From: Minisyncoccota bacterium
GTDB taxonomy: Bacteria > Patescibacteriota > Minisyncoccia > 2-02-FULL-40-12 > GWA2-44-9
Assembly: GCA_018062285.1 (NCBI GenBank)
Contig: JAGOSO010000001.1
Coordinates: 100,137 to 164,136 of the forward strand
DNA: 64,000 nt
Direction: 5' to 3'
Under the pieces are notes generated by a model. That model saw only the letters and a program-made list of their open reading frames with translations. It was not told the origin of the DNA and did not search any database. A program made the position numbers and the translations under genes. Positions 47,996 to 56,747 of the stretch are shown here, one piece after another. The number at the start of each line of letters is the position of its first letter. The stretch's first letter is position 1.

Positions 47996-50625
47996 TTGTC
48001 CCCGGCCTTAGCATCAACAATAATAGGAATATCGAACTTGTGAGCGGATTCCATTATCTCTTTTATTTCTTTCGAAACCTTAGAGACGATATCTTCCCTT
48101 ACTTCAAAGAGCAATTCGTCATGGACTTGGAGCAACATCCTTATTCCTTCTGGGTATTTATCATCTAAATGTTTCTGGACTTTGACCATGGCCAACTTAA
48201 TCAAATCAGCGGCGGTTCCCTGAACCGGCATATTAATGGCCATACGCTCAGCACCGGCGCGAAGCATTGGCATAGATGAAAGAATATCTGGGATAGCCCG
48301 ACGACGACCAAATAATGTTTCGACGTAACCATTTTTGCGAGCAAATTCTTTTAGCCCATCCATATACTTAACCATGCCCGCAAATTCTTTTTCATATTTA
48401 TAGATAAAATCTCTGGCTTCATCACGACTAACTTTTGCCGCTCTTTGGAAACCCTGCACGCCCATACCATAGAGAACACCGAAGTTTAAGGTCTTGGCCT
48501 GGTTGCGCATATTCTTAGTAACAGCCGATGGGTCGACACCAAAAACACCTGCGGCGGTTCGAGTGTGAATATCCTCTCCTCTCTTAAAGGCTTCGGACAT
48601 GGCTGGGTCACCAGAGAGATGAGCCACCAGACGAAGTTCAAGCTGGGAATAGTCTAGCGACAATAACTGAAATCCTTTTTCGGCAACAAATGCTTTTCTG
48701 AATTCCTGACCGACTTCAGTCTTGGTGGGAATGTTCTGGAGGTTTGGATCAAGACTAGCCATGCGCCCAGTAGCAGCACCGATTTGATTATAAGTTGTGT
48801 GAACTCTTCCCTCCTTATCTAATAGGGTTGGGAATGGTTCGATATAAGTACCTTTTAGTTTCTGAAGCTCTCTATACTTTAAAATTAACTCGATGATTGG
48901 ATGTTCGTGGGCCAACTTTTCTAATTCGCTGTGGGCCGTTGAAAGAGCGCCCTTCCCCGTTTTGCGTACCTTGCTCTTTAGATCCAACTTTTCAAAAAGA
49001 ACCACCGACAATTGTTTTGGTGAATTAATATTAAACTCTCCCCCAGCCATTTCGGAGATACCTTTTTCTAGTTCTTTAATTTCTTTGGATATCTTTATGC
49101 TAAGTTGTTCGAGACTCTTAGCATCCACCTTAATTCCCGCTCGTTCCATACGAGCCAAGATCGGACTTAGGGGTAATTCAATTTCGTTTTGAACTTTTTC
49201 TAATTTAAAAGATTTTATCTTGGACTGATACTGTTCTTTGAGGATGGAAATATAAGCTGGTCTCTTTAGTGGTTCGATGTCCATGTCTCGTCCAAACTCA
49301 ACAAAGTATAACCGCTCCAAAAGATAATCCTTAACCTCAAGGCCCAAAAGATATGCGGCCAGTCTAGTGTCAAAAATAAAACCAACGGGCTTAATCCCTT
49401 TTTCTAAAGCCCAACGACAAACAGCTTTTACGTCATGGCCAACCTTACCAATCTCTTCATTAATCATCAGTTCTTCAAACTTAGCCGAGAGTGTCCCCTC
49501 TTCTAATAATGTTTCTGCGAAACCATAAACCTCATCGGCCCCAAAGCCAATCATCACGACTCCCTGCTGAATATCAACCACGAACTCTTTTTCTTTAATC
49601 ACTCTTTCAAATATTTTCTCAACTTCCGAAGCAGAGCCCAGAAGCTCGGCCCTAATCCCATCATTAGAACTCTTGGGTGTTTGAACTGGCTTAGGATCAT
49701 CAAACAAACTAGCCGGCTCGAGCTGAGAGCCATCAATCTCCCCTAATCTTTTAACAATATTATAGAGGGCTAAATCTTTGAGTAGTTTTTCCAGGGCTGG
49801 TTTATCTAAATGTTTTAACCATTCGGTCTTATCTAAATCAAAATCAATTTCGACATCACGGATAATGGTCGATAGGTACTTAGAAAAAACTGCTTGGTCT
49901 TTATTGGTCAATAACTTCTCGGTCAATTTAGGTGTCATAAACTTAGGCTGCTTTTCTTTGTTCTCGATTGATTCATACATTTTTTCAATGCTTCCAAAGT
50001 GCTGAATCAAAGTCGAAGCCGTCTTGTCGCCAATACCGGGTACACCAGGGATGTTGTCTGAAGGATCCCCCTTCAAACCCTTGTAATCAATGATCTGGTT
50101 AGGCTTAAGGCCATAACGGGCAATTACTTCTTTCTCGTTATAAGTCATGGTGTCCGTCACACCCTTACGCAAAGTAAACACAACAACCTTGTCCCCTTCT
50201 ACTAATTGCAGGGTGTCCAAATCCCCCGTCATAATAATGACCTGCAAATCTTTTGTGGTCTTAGCCTGTTCCGCCAAAGCCCCAATCAAATCGTCGGCTT
50301 CAAAACCAGCCTTCTCAAAAATAGGAATCCCGAACTTAGTTAAGATCTCTTTGATGTAAGGGATCTGAAGGTACAACTCATCCGGTGCCTTAACACGATG
50401 AGCTTTGTACTCTGCAAACTCTTCATGCCTAAATGTTCCGCCCGGCAAATCGAATGTAGCAGCAATGTAGTCTGGCTTTAAATCTTTGATCATCTTGATC
50501 ATGACCGACATAAAACCAAAAATGGCGTTCGTCGGAACACCCGTAGTTGCGTTCATGGTTGGAGGCAAAGCATGGAAAGCTCTGTGGACCAACGCATTCG
50601 AATCAATTAGAACTAGTTTTTTCAT
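47977..50625 (-). CDS. polA: DNA polymerase I
   Basis: 882 aa; 5'-3' exonuclease N-terminus, polymerase motifs DYSQLELRL..., RRAAKTLNFGVLYG, QVHDELLFE. Confidence 0.95.
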   Translation of the reverse strand: MKKLVLIDSNALVHRAFHALPPTMNATTGVPTNAIFGFMSVMIKMIKDLKPDYIAATFDLPGGTFRHEEFAEYKAHRVKAPDELYLQIPYIKEILTKFGIPIFEKAGFEADDLIGALAEQAKTTKDLQVIIMTGDLDTLQLVEGDKVVVFTLRKGVTDTMTYNEKEVIARYGLKPNQIIDYKGLKGDPSDNIPGVPGIGDKTASTLIQHFGSIEKMYESIENKEKQPKFMTPKLTEKLLTNKDQAVFSKYLSTIIRDVEIDFDLDKTEWLKHLDKPALEKLLKDLALYNIVKRLGEIDGSQLEPASLFDDPKPVQTPKSSNDGIRAELLGSASEVEKIFERVIKEKEFVVDIQQGVVMIGFGADEVYGFAETLLEEGTLSAKFEELMINEEIGKVGHDVKAVCRWALEKGIKPVGFIFDTRLAAYLLGLEVKDYLLERLYFVEFGRDMDIEPLKRPAYISILKEQYQSKIKSFKLEKVQNEIELPLSPILARMERAGIKVDAKSLEQLSIKISKEIKELEKGISEMAGGEFNINSPKQLSVVLFEKLDLKSKVRKTGKGALSTAHSELEKLAHEHPIIELILKYRELQKLKGTYIEPFPTLLDKEGRVHTTYNQIGAATGRMASLDPNLQNIPTKTEVGQEFRKAFVAEKGFQLLSLDYSQLELRLVAHLSGDPAMSEAFKRGEDIHTRTAAGVFGVDPSAVTKNMRNQAKTLNFGVLYGMGVQGFQRAAKVSRDEARDFIYKYEKEFAGMVKYMDGLKEFARKNGYVETLFGRRRAIPDILSSMPMLRAGAERMAINMPVQGTAADLIKLAMVKVQKHLDDKYPEGIRMLLQVHDELLFEVREDIVSKVSKEIKEIMESAHKFDIPIIVDAKAGDNWSEMK

Positions 50626-50637
50626 ATCGTATATTCA

Positions 50638-50742
50638 TTAAGAACCAACTCTTTCGCCCCAGACCCACGAAACCAGTCCTGTCGGTTTCCCCACTGCTGT
50701 GGGACCCCTTCCGCTGCTGGGGCTTAAAGAGTTAGTTCTTAA
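50638..50742 (-). other. About 105-nt GC-rich nested-helix element (candidate structured RNA or MITE-like repeat) between tsaE and polA
   Basis: 17-bp terminal inverted repeats TTAAGAACCAACTCTTT / AAAGAGTTAGTTCTTAA enclose GCCCCAG...CTGGGGC, CCCAC...GTGGG and GAAACC...GGTTTC helices; ends 13 nt before the polA ATG. Confidence 0.4.
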
Positions 50743-50751
50743 TTCATTTTG

Positions 50752-51216
50752 TTAATCGATAACTTTAGCGACTGAAATGTTTCGCTGTTGTTCCGATACA
50801 TGTTCTATCTTAATTACCCAATGGTTTCGGGGAAGAATATCCCCCACTCTCTCGGCCCACTCCATCAAAACAATCACGCCAGGTTGGTTAATAATTTCTT
50901 TTGTTCCGAGCGGAATCAAATCAGCGGAACTATTTAAACGATAGCAATCAAAATGATAGAGCGTTTGATAATTAGGAATATCTTTTAAAGAATAGTGTTT
51001 CATCAAAACAAATGTTGGGCTCTTTAGATTTTCTTTGACACCAAGAGCTTTGGCAAAGGCTTGAGTGAAAGTTGTCTTGCCAGCACCAAGCTCACCTTCT
51101 AGGGCAATCACAAGTGGTTGACCGTTAGCTTCCTTTATAAGCAAAAGTGCCTGCTCGCGAGCAAAGCGCTGAGTATCTTCCGGGCTGTAAGAGACGTGGT
51201 TCATTGGTGTCATCAT
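50752..51216 (-). CDS. tsaE: tRNA threonylcarbamoyladenosine biosynthesis protein TsaE
   Basis: ALEGELGAGKTTFTQAFAKALGV P-loop; start taken at MMTPMNH (the tracked N-terminal extension runs into the neighbouring GC-rich DNA). Confidence 0.8.
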   Translation of the reverse strand: MMTPMNHVSYSPEDTQRFAREQALLLIKEANGQPLVIALEGELGAGKTTFTQAFAKALGVKENLKSPTFVLMKHYSLKDIPNYQTLYHFDCYRLNSSADLIPLGTKEIINQPGVIVLMEWAERVGDILPRNHWVIKIEHVSEQQRNISVAKVID

Positions 51217-51261
51217 ATCTTTTTTATCTTCATGTTTCAATCTATTTTTTGTATTTAAATA

Positions 51262-51306
51262 CCCCGCATTTCTGCGGGGCGTGGACCGTGGCCGAAGCCA
51301 CGGTCC
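51262..51306 (-). terminator. Tandem GC hairpins downstream of the Pro-rich gene
   Basis: CCCCGCA-tttc-TGCGGGG and GGACCGTGGC-cgaa-GCCACGGTCC. Confidence 0.5.
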
Positions 51307-51314
51307 CAAGGGTG

Positions 51315-51944
51315 TCAGCGACAGACCTGGGACGCTTCGTCCCAAAACTCTGCCGATGAAAACCCCTGCGCGTTGTACCACTCCTTGCATCCATCCCTCC
51401 CGAGACCATCGGGGGCCGGACGAACGTCGCGGAACTGGGGCTGGTTCGAAGTGACTCGAACCGTTTCCTCAGTCTGCGCCGCCGAGCGCTGGGCCGGAGC
51501 CGTGGTCGCCACAGGGGCGGCCAAGGTCATCGTCGGCTGGATACCTCTTCCAAAGAAGAGCCAGCCGAGCACCACCAGCGTCAGGGCCACGATGGCCACG
51601 ATGGCGGCCGCTCCAAGACCATTCCCACTAACGCTGTTGGCGTTGGCGGTATGGACATGGATCCGAGGCGACTGAAACGCCGCGGAGGCGCGGTAACCCG
51701 GGGCGGGTGGCGGGCAAACCGGAGGGGCAGGCGGTGCCGGACGAACCGGAGCAACCGCGGGACGCGGTGCCCGTGCCACGCGACGCACCGGAGGTGCGGG
51801 TGGCGGTGCGCCAGCGGGGGCCGGAGCAGCAGGCGGGGCGGGTGGACGGGGCGGCACACCACCTGCAGCAGCGGGTGCTACGACAGGCGGAGCAGGACGG
51901 GGCGGAAGTCCTCCGCCAAGAACGGGTGCGGGTCTACGGGCCAT
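51315..51944 (-). CDS. Pro/Ala-rich membrane protein in a very GC-rich island (about 65-70% GC)
   Basis: MARRPAPVLGGGLPPRPAPPVVAPAAAGG... about 90-aa PA-rich low-complexity N-terminus, one TM, C-terminal Cys-containing domain; multiple antisense ORFs rejected. Confidence 0.5.
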   Translation of the reverse strand: MARRPAPVLGGGLPPRPAPPVVAPAAAGGVPPRPPAPPAAPAPAGAPPPAPPVRRVARAPRPAVAPVRPAPPAPPVCPPPAPGYRASAAFQSPRIHVHTANANSVSGNGLGAAAIVAIVALTLVVLGWLFFGRGIQPTMTLAAPVATTAPAQRSAAQTEETVRVTSNQPQFRDVRPAPDGLGRDGCKEWYNAQGFSSAEFWDEASQVCR

Positions 51945-51958
51945 GATCTGTGTCTCCT

Positions 51959-52426
51959 CTACTTGACGCTGGCGACTTGCCAGCCATAGTTGCGGACGTA
52001 TTCGAGTCGGACAGATCGGTCATCGATCAGCCCCTCAGTCCGTGCTGCGTTGGTCGTCGGCACATAGTGCGTACCAGTGACCTTCCATTGTTCGACTAAA
52101 CTCCAGTGAGACCACGTTGCCGGCCCCAACTGCTTGCCCCCGGGTCTCACGACCCCGAAGCAGACATCAACACCGGAAATGCGATCGGTAATGATAAACA
52201 TCACCGGCACATTTGCCAAGGTGTTATCGTACCACTCCACCTCGTGGTTACCGCGCAGGCGCGGATCCCAGCAAGATGGAACGACTGGCATCGGGGCAGG
52301 CCGAAGATTCGGCGCGTCCCGATAAACCTGACGGTTCGGCGCGACTTGCGGGGAAACCTTCCCCGCACAGGCGATGACCGACATGGTCACCAGAGCTAAA
52401 ACCACGAGCCGGACGAAAAACCTCAT
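51959..52426 (-). CDS. Putative lipoprotein in a GC-rich island (about 60% GC)
   Basis: Signal peptide with lipobox-like VIAC-AG; 155 aa. Confidence 0.5.
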   Translation of the reverse strand: MRFFVRLVVLALVTMSVIACAGKVSPQVAPNRQVYRDAPNLRPAPMPVVPSCWDPRLRGNHEVEWYDNTLANVPVMFIITDRISGVDVCFGVVRPGGKQLGPATWSHWSLVEQWKVTGTHYVPTTNAARTEGLIDDRSVRLEYVRNYGWQVASVK

Positions 52427-52626
52427 GTGAACCTCCTAAATGCTCGCGCAAGCTGCGCCGAGCGAGACCGAAAATGATATTCAATTGTGAAGTTACTTAC
52501 CCTTCACTGTATACATACATTATAGCACTTTATAGGTATTTTGTAAAGGGCCAAAAAACCAACAAAAATAAGCCTTTTTAAGGCCTAAAAATAGACAAAG
52601 TTTCATTCGAAACATTCTTTGGTTCC

Positions 52627-52998
52627 CTACTCTATGTTCTTGTAGTGCCGAATCTTGGCTACTCCCCTTTCCTTAACAAAGGACACTGAGACAACATCCA
52701 TCTGCCAAGGCTGATCATCGGGATAATGCATGTCTGAAAGATAAGTTCGAGCTATGCGGATCATGCGATGCTTCTTGTAAGAATCGACTCGGAGTTCCGG
52801 CTCAAAGCCAGGGACATCTTTTTTACTAGCCTTCACTTCAACAAAAATTACTATCCCCTGCTTCTCGGCAATAACATCTATCTCGCCCCAAGGCTTACGA
52901 TAGTTATGGCCTAAAATTTTATAATTTTTAGATTTTAAATACTCAGCTGCGTAATGTTCAGCAAAGAATCCCAGCTCGCTTGTCTTGTTACCAGCCAT
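52627..52998 (-). CDS. YraN-family (UPF0102) endonuclease
   Basis: ...GEIDVIAEKQGIVIFVEVKASKK PD-(D/E)xK core. Confidence 0.75.
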   Translation of the reverse strand: MAGNKTSELGFFAEHYAAEYLKSKNYKILGHNYRKPWGEIDVIAEKQGIVIFVEVKASKKDVPGFEPELRVDSYKKHRMIRIARTYLSDMHYPDDQPWQMDVVSVSFVKERGVAKIRHYKNIE

Positions 52999-53273
52999 AC
53001 TTAAAACTTATCATTTTTTTAACCCAAGACCAATAATTTTTGCCGTCCCAAGATGTGGATGAGCGGGTTTGATATTGGCCCTGATTTATGGTATCCTCTG
53101 TATACGTTCTCGCAAGAGAATTTTTGCGTTTATAGGCCAGCAATATCCCCTAACCAATTAGGACAATCCTCCAAAACCTAACTCACCAAACCAAGTCCGC
53201 ACTCCGGTCTTTTTCTGCATACATAGACGGGCTTACTCACTCCGGTCATTATCAAATTGGGGCAACCATCGCT

Positions 53274-54326
53274 TTGGCTTTAGCTGTACTCGTATTCAAG
53301 GTTCCCGATGCTAACCAGACTGGAATCATAAACAATCTCGTCCGCCACTACACAGAAGAAACCTCGGCTTCCATAGTCACATCAACCCTCCCAGTCAAAC
53401 CAATTGATATAAATTCCTTGATGGCGGGTGTTCCTGTGGCCAGAGAAGGTCAAGGAGGGACCCTAGATGGGCCCGTGGACACAAGCATCCAAGCTTCTTA
53501 CACAATACAGGAAAGTACAATACAAGCCGTAAACTCTGTTTCAACTGACTACCTAAATGATATAAAACCCAACAAAGTTACAGATTACACGGTTCAGCCT
53601 GGGGACGCCTTATCTTTCATAGCTTCCGACTTCGGGGTCAGCACGGATTCAATTATCTGGGCCAATAAACTGTCCAACATAGACAATCTCACTCCTGGCC
53701 AAATCATTAGAATCCCTCCAGTGACTGGGGTTATCCACGTGGTCCAAAAAGGTGATACCATATCTTCCATTGCCAAGAAATACAACGGAGAAGCAGCAAA
53801 AATCATATCTTTCAATGATTTAACAGGTGAATCAACCCTCGACCTCGGAGATGAGTTAATAATACCTAATGGAACTCCAGCATTGCCCAACACTAAGGTT
53901 GTAGCCAGCGTAAACAAGAATTTCTTGTCTAGTGTGACCAGTGCAGCTAAGCGTTTTGCTTATTTAGCAGATATGAGCGACTATTTTAGGCTTCCAGCAA
54001 CTGGGTTTGATTGGGGGATTGTCCATGGTCGTAATGGCGTCGATGTTGCTAATGCCTGTGGTACACCTATCCTCGCAGCAGCTGATGGAAACATTGCAAC
54101 AGCCTTAAGCTCTGGTTACAATGGCGGTTTTGGTAAATACATTAAGATTGTCCATCCAAATGGGACGGAAACCCTATACGCCCATTTGAGCAAGTTGCTT
54201 GTTAAGGAGGGTGCCTCTGTCTCCAAGGGTCAACAAATAGCTCTAATGGGAACGACTGGCCACTCAACTGGTTGCCACCTTCACTTTGAAGTCCACGGCG
54301 CCCGCAATCCTTTAGCTAAATACTAG
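53274..54326 (+). CDS. LysM-domain M23 metallopeptidase (cell-wall hydrolase)
   Basis: Two LysM repeats (YTVQPGDALSFIASDFGV...; HVVQKGDTISSIAKKY...) and C-terminal M23 GTTGHSTGCHLHFEV; TTG start uncertain, the frame is open back to 53193. Confidence 0.8.
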   Translation: MALAVLVFKVPDANQTGIINNLVRHYTEETSASIVTSTLPVKPIDINSLMAGVPVAREGQGGTLDGPVDTSIQASYTIQESTIQAVNSVSTDYLNDIKPNKVTDYTVQPGDALSFIASDFGVSTDSIIWANKLSNIDNLTPGQIIRIPPVTGVIHVVQKGDTISSIAKKYNGEAAKIISFNDLTGESTLDLGDELIIPNGTPALPNTKVVASVNKNFLSSVTSAAKRFAYLADMSDYFRLPATGFDWGIVHGRNGVDVANACGTPILAAADGNIATALSSGYNGGFGKYIKIVHPNGTETLYAHLSKLLVKEGASVSKGQQIALMGTTGHSTGCHLHFEVHGARNPLAKY

Positions 54327-54327
54327 A

Positions 54328-54390
54328 CTTGTTCCTCCCGAAACATAAAAGTCGCCTCATCGGCGACTTTTATGTTTCGGGAGGAACAGG
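54328..54390. terminator. Very long (about 29-bp stem) bidirectional terminator hairpin
   Basis: CTTGTTCCTCCCGAAACATAAAAGTCGCC-tcatc-GGCGACTTTTATGTTTCGGGAGGAACAGG between convergent genes. Confidence 0.75.
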
Positions 54391-54402
54391 GGAACAAGCC
54401 AG

Positions 54403-55938
54403 CTATACCTCACCCGTCAATTTATCATTTATCTTCAGGCTTATTGCCTCAGCAATATGGCCAGAGTTAATCAATTCTGAAGATTCTAGGTCCGCAATAG
54501 TGCGGGCCAGCTTCTTTATTTTATGGAAAGACCTAAAGGATAGAGACTTTGCATCAACCGCATTTTGCAATAATCTTTCAGCATCAGCAGCAAGAATGCA
54601 CCATTTATCTATGTTTCGATAAGAAATCTCAGCATTAGTATATATCTTTGAGTTTTTGAATCTTTCGGACTGAATTAAACGAGCATTGGCCACCTTTTCT
54701 TTTATTTCCTTAAATTTTTTAAGCGACATCGGCTCGGTAAGTATAGAAGCTGTTTCTCTCGGAACATTAATTTGTATATCAATCCTATCAAGAAGGGGAC
54801 CAGAAATTTTGTTTCGATAACGAATAACACTGATAGGAGAACAAACACAATTAGCCTTTAATTCACCATAATTACCGCAAGGACAAGGATTCATGGCTGC
54901 AACTAAGGAAAATTTGGCGGGCAATCTAACAGACCCAGCAGCCCGTGAAACAGTGACAATACCTTCCTCTAGCGGCTCTCGTAAACTTTCTAGAACATGG
55001 CGGGGGAACTCGGGCAATTCATCGAGAAACAATATCCCTCGATGAGAAAGACTTATTTCTCCTGGTTTTGGATTAGTTCCACCACCAACCATGGCTGGAG
55101 CCGATGTTGTATGATGCGGACTACGAAATGGGCGAGCGGAAATAAGCCCAGAACCACCAGCTAAACCTAGGGAACTATAAATTCTGGTTACTTCTATGGC
55201 TTCTGGGAATGACAAATTGGGCATTAAATCAACCAAGGCTTTAGCCAATAAAGTTTTGCCAGAACCTGGGGGACCGCTCATTAAAATGTTATGCCCACCA
55301 GCGGCGGCCACCTGAAGGGCCCGTTTGGCTGATTCTTGGCCCTTAATCAAGCGAAAAGCCTCACCGTCCTCTTCTTTTTCAGCTAAATCTTCGGCCTTAT
55401 GTGCAGTGGCTTTGATTGATCTAATACCACCAAGGTGCGCCATTAAATCAGTGATCGTTGCGACCCCAATAACTTTTATGCCTTCCACCACCGAAGCTTC
55501 GGCCGCATTGGCAATTGGTACATAAATTTCATCATAACCCAACTTGTTGGCCAAAATCGAAGCGGATAAAACTCCATTTATTGGTTTCACTGCGCCATTA
55601 AGAGAAAGTTCGCCCAAGAAAAGCTTATTATCTGTCTCGAATTTAACTTGGCCGGTTTCCAACAAATAACCTACCGCAATGGGTAGGTCATAAGCTGGTC
55701 CTTCCTTGCGAATATCGGCTGGGGCCAAATTTATTATAATTTTCTTGTGTTTAGCGCTGGGTGGGATAAGGGAATTAGTCCTTATTGCAGAAGCAATTCT
55801 TTCCTTAGACTCCTGCACTGCCTTATCGGCCAGACCAACGATACTAAAAGCGTGCAGACCAGGGGTTGAATCAACCTCAACCTCTATGAGTTGAGCATCG
55901 ATTCCACTAATTGAAGCTGAGAATATGCGAACAGACAC
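54403..55938 (-). CDS. comM: YifB/ComM-family Mg-chelatase-like AAA+ ATPase
   Basis: 511 aa; N-terminal Lon-like domain, Walker A GPPGSGKT, C-terminal Mg-chelatase domain. Confidence 0.9.
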   Translation of the reverse strand: MSVRIFSASISGIDAQLIEVEVDSTPGLHAFSIVGLADKAVQESKERIASAIRTNSLIPPSAKHKKIIINLAPADIRKEGPAYDLPIAVGYLLETGQVKFETDNKLFLGELSLNGAVKPINGVLSASILANKLGYDEIYVPIANAAEASVVEGIKVIGVATITDLMAHLGGIRSIKATAHKAEDLAEKEEDGEAFRLIKGQESAKRALQVAAAGGHNILMSGPPGSGKTLLAKALVDLMPNLSFPEAIEVTRIYSSLGLAGGSGLISARPFRSPHHTTSAPAMVGGGTNPKPGEISLSHRGILFLDELPEFPRHVLESLREPLEEGIVTVSRAAGSVRLPAKFSLVAAMNPCPCGNYGELKANCVCSPISVIRYRNKISGPLLDRIDIQINVPRETASILTEPMSLKKFKEIKEKVANARLIQSERFKNSKIYTNAEISYRNIDKWCILAADAERLLQNAVDAKSLSFRSFHKIKKLARTIADLESSELINSGHIAEAISLKINDKLTGEV

Positions 55939-55959
55939 AAGTTGTATTTAGTCTACAAA

Positions 55960-56316
55960 CTATTCCGCACACTTAATGCAAAAACGGGCTGTAGGCACCT
56001 CAAGGAGTCTTTCAAGGGGGATATCTATGCCGCACTTCTCACAAACGCCATAGCGGCCATTTTGGAGCTTCTCATGGGCTTCTACAATATCTTCTAAACG
56101 ATGTTTTAGTTCCTGTTCGACGGCAGTGTTGTTTTCGGTCATGGTTGCTTCACGAACAATATCATCTTCACGAACATCTCCGTCATATTGTGCCGGCTTT
56201 GGCTGGAAGCCACCAGAAGCAGGATCAATAACAGCAACATCACTAAGCTCTTTTCGGACAAGGGCTTCTTCTTTAACCAGCAATTCTTCTAGTGTTTTTA
56301 GATTTTCTTGGTTCAT
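55960..56316 (-). CDS. DksA/TraR-family C4 zinc-finger protein
   Basis: YGVCEKCGIDIPLERLLEVPTARFCIKC = CxxC-x17-CxxC. Confidence 0.8.
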   Translation of the reverse strand: MNQENLKTLEELLVKEEALVRKELSDVAVIDPASGGFQPKPAQYDGDVREDDIVREATMTENNTAVEQELKHRLEDIVEAHEKLQNGRYGVCEKCGIDIPLERLLEVPTARFCIKCAE

Positions 56317-56546
56317 ATAAATTTATGGTATCTAAATAAGTAAATAATGTAAAATTTTTGTAAAAAAAGAAGGCGTCGATAGTCGCTTTCAAAATAGAAT
56401 TGCGAGTGTGACACGACGCCTTCGAACCGATTGGGCCAGTGGTCCCTGACGGTTAGGTGACTACCAGCTGCTGTAAAGGAACTATGCTGCGCTACCTGTT
56501 ACTGCTGTTACTACAACTGCTCTTACCTAATAAGTATATATCCGAT

Positions 56547-56688
56547 GGTGACATGCGTCAATTGTAAAAAGTTGATAACTGTCACCATGTCACCAAAGTA
56601 AACATATTGGCTTTAATCCTTATTATTTTTGGTGACATGGTGGTGACATTTACGTGTCGCTATCCACACAAAATGTCACTTAGTGACA
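56547..56688. promoter_or_regulatory. Array of seven GTGACA(T)/ATGTCAC motifs (candidate operator/iteron cluster)
   Basis: GGTGACAT at 56547, 56631, 56642; TGTCACC and ATGTCACC at 56580-56594; palindrome ATGTCAC-tta-GTGACA at 56673-56688; AT-rich spacers; upstream of the second DksA/TraR gene. Confidence 0.4.
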
Positions 56689-56698
56689 GGTTATAAAC

Positions 56699-56727
56699 AA
56701 GACCACTCGCGATAGACGAGTGGTCTT
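56699..56727 (-). terminator. Intrinsic terminator
   Basis: AAGACCACTCG-cgataga-CGAGTGGTCTT. Confidence 0.6.
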
Positions 56728-56747
56728 GTTTACTGCTTTGAGATGTT

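Noticed and set aside
50638-50742. Bacterial SRP (4.5S) RNA assignment for the tsaE-polA element
   Set aside because: The size is right. However, I could not find the conserved domain IV GGAA tetraloop or AGCAGC/GGAAGG arrangement in the correct order on either strand.
51373-51989. Multiple plus-strand Arg/Gly-rich ORFs
   Set aside because: Antisense to the Pro/Ala-rich gene in 65-70% GC DNA.
56640-56670. Possible oriC (DnaA-box-like TATCCACAC next to iteron-like repeats)
   Set aside because: Only one DnaA-like box. No dnaA/dnaN nearby. The repeats are better explained as an operator array.
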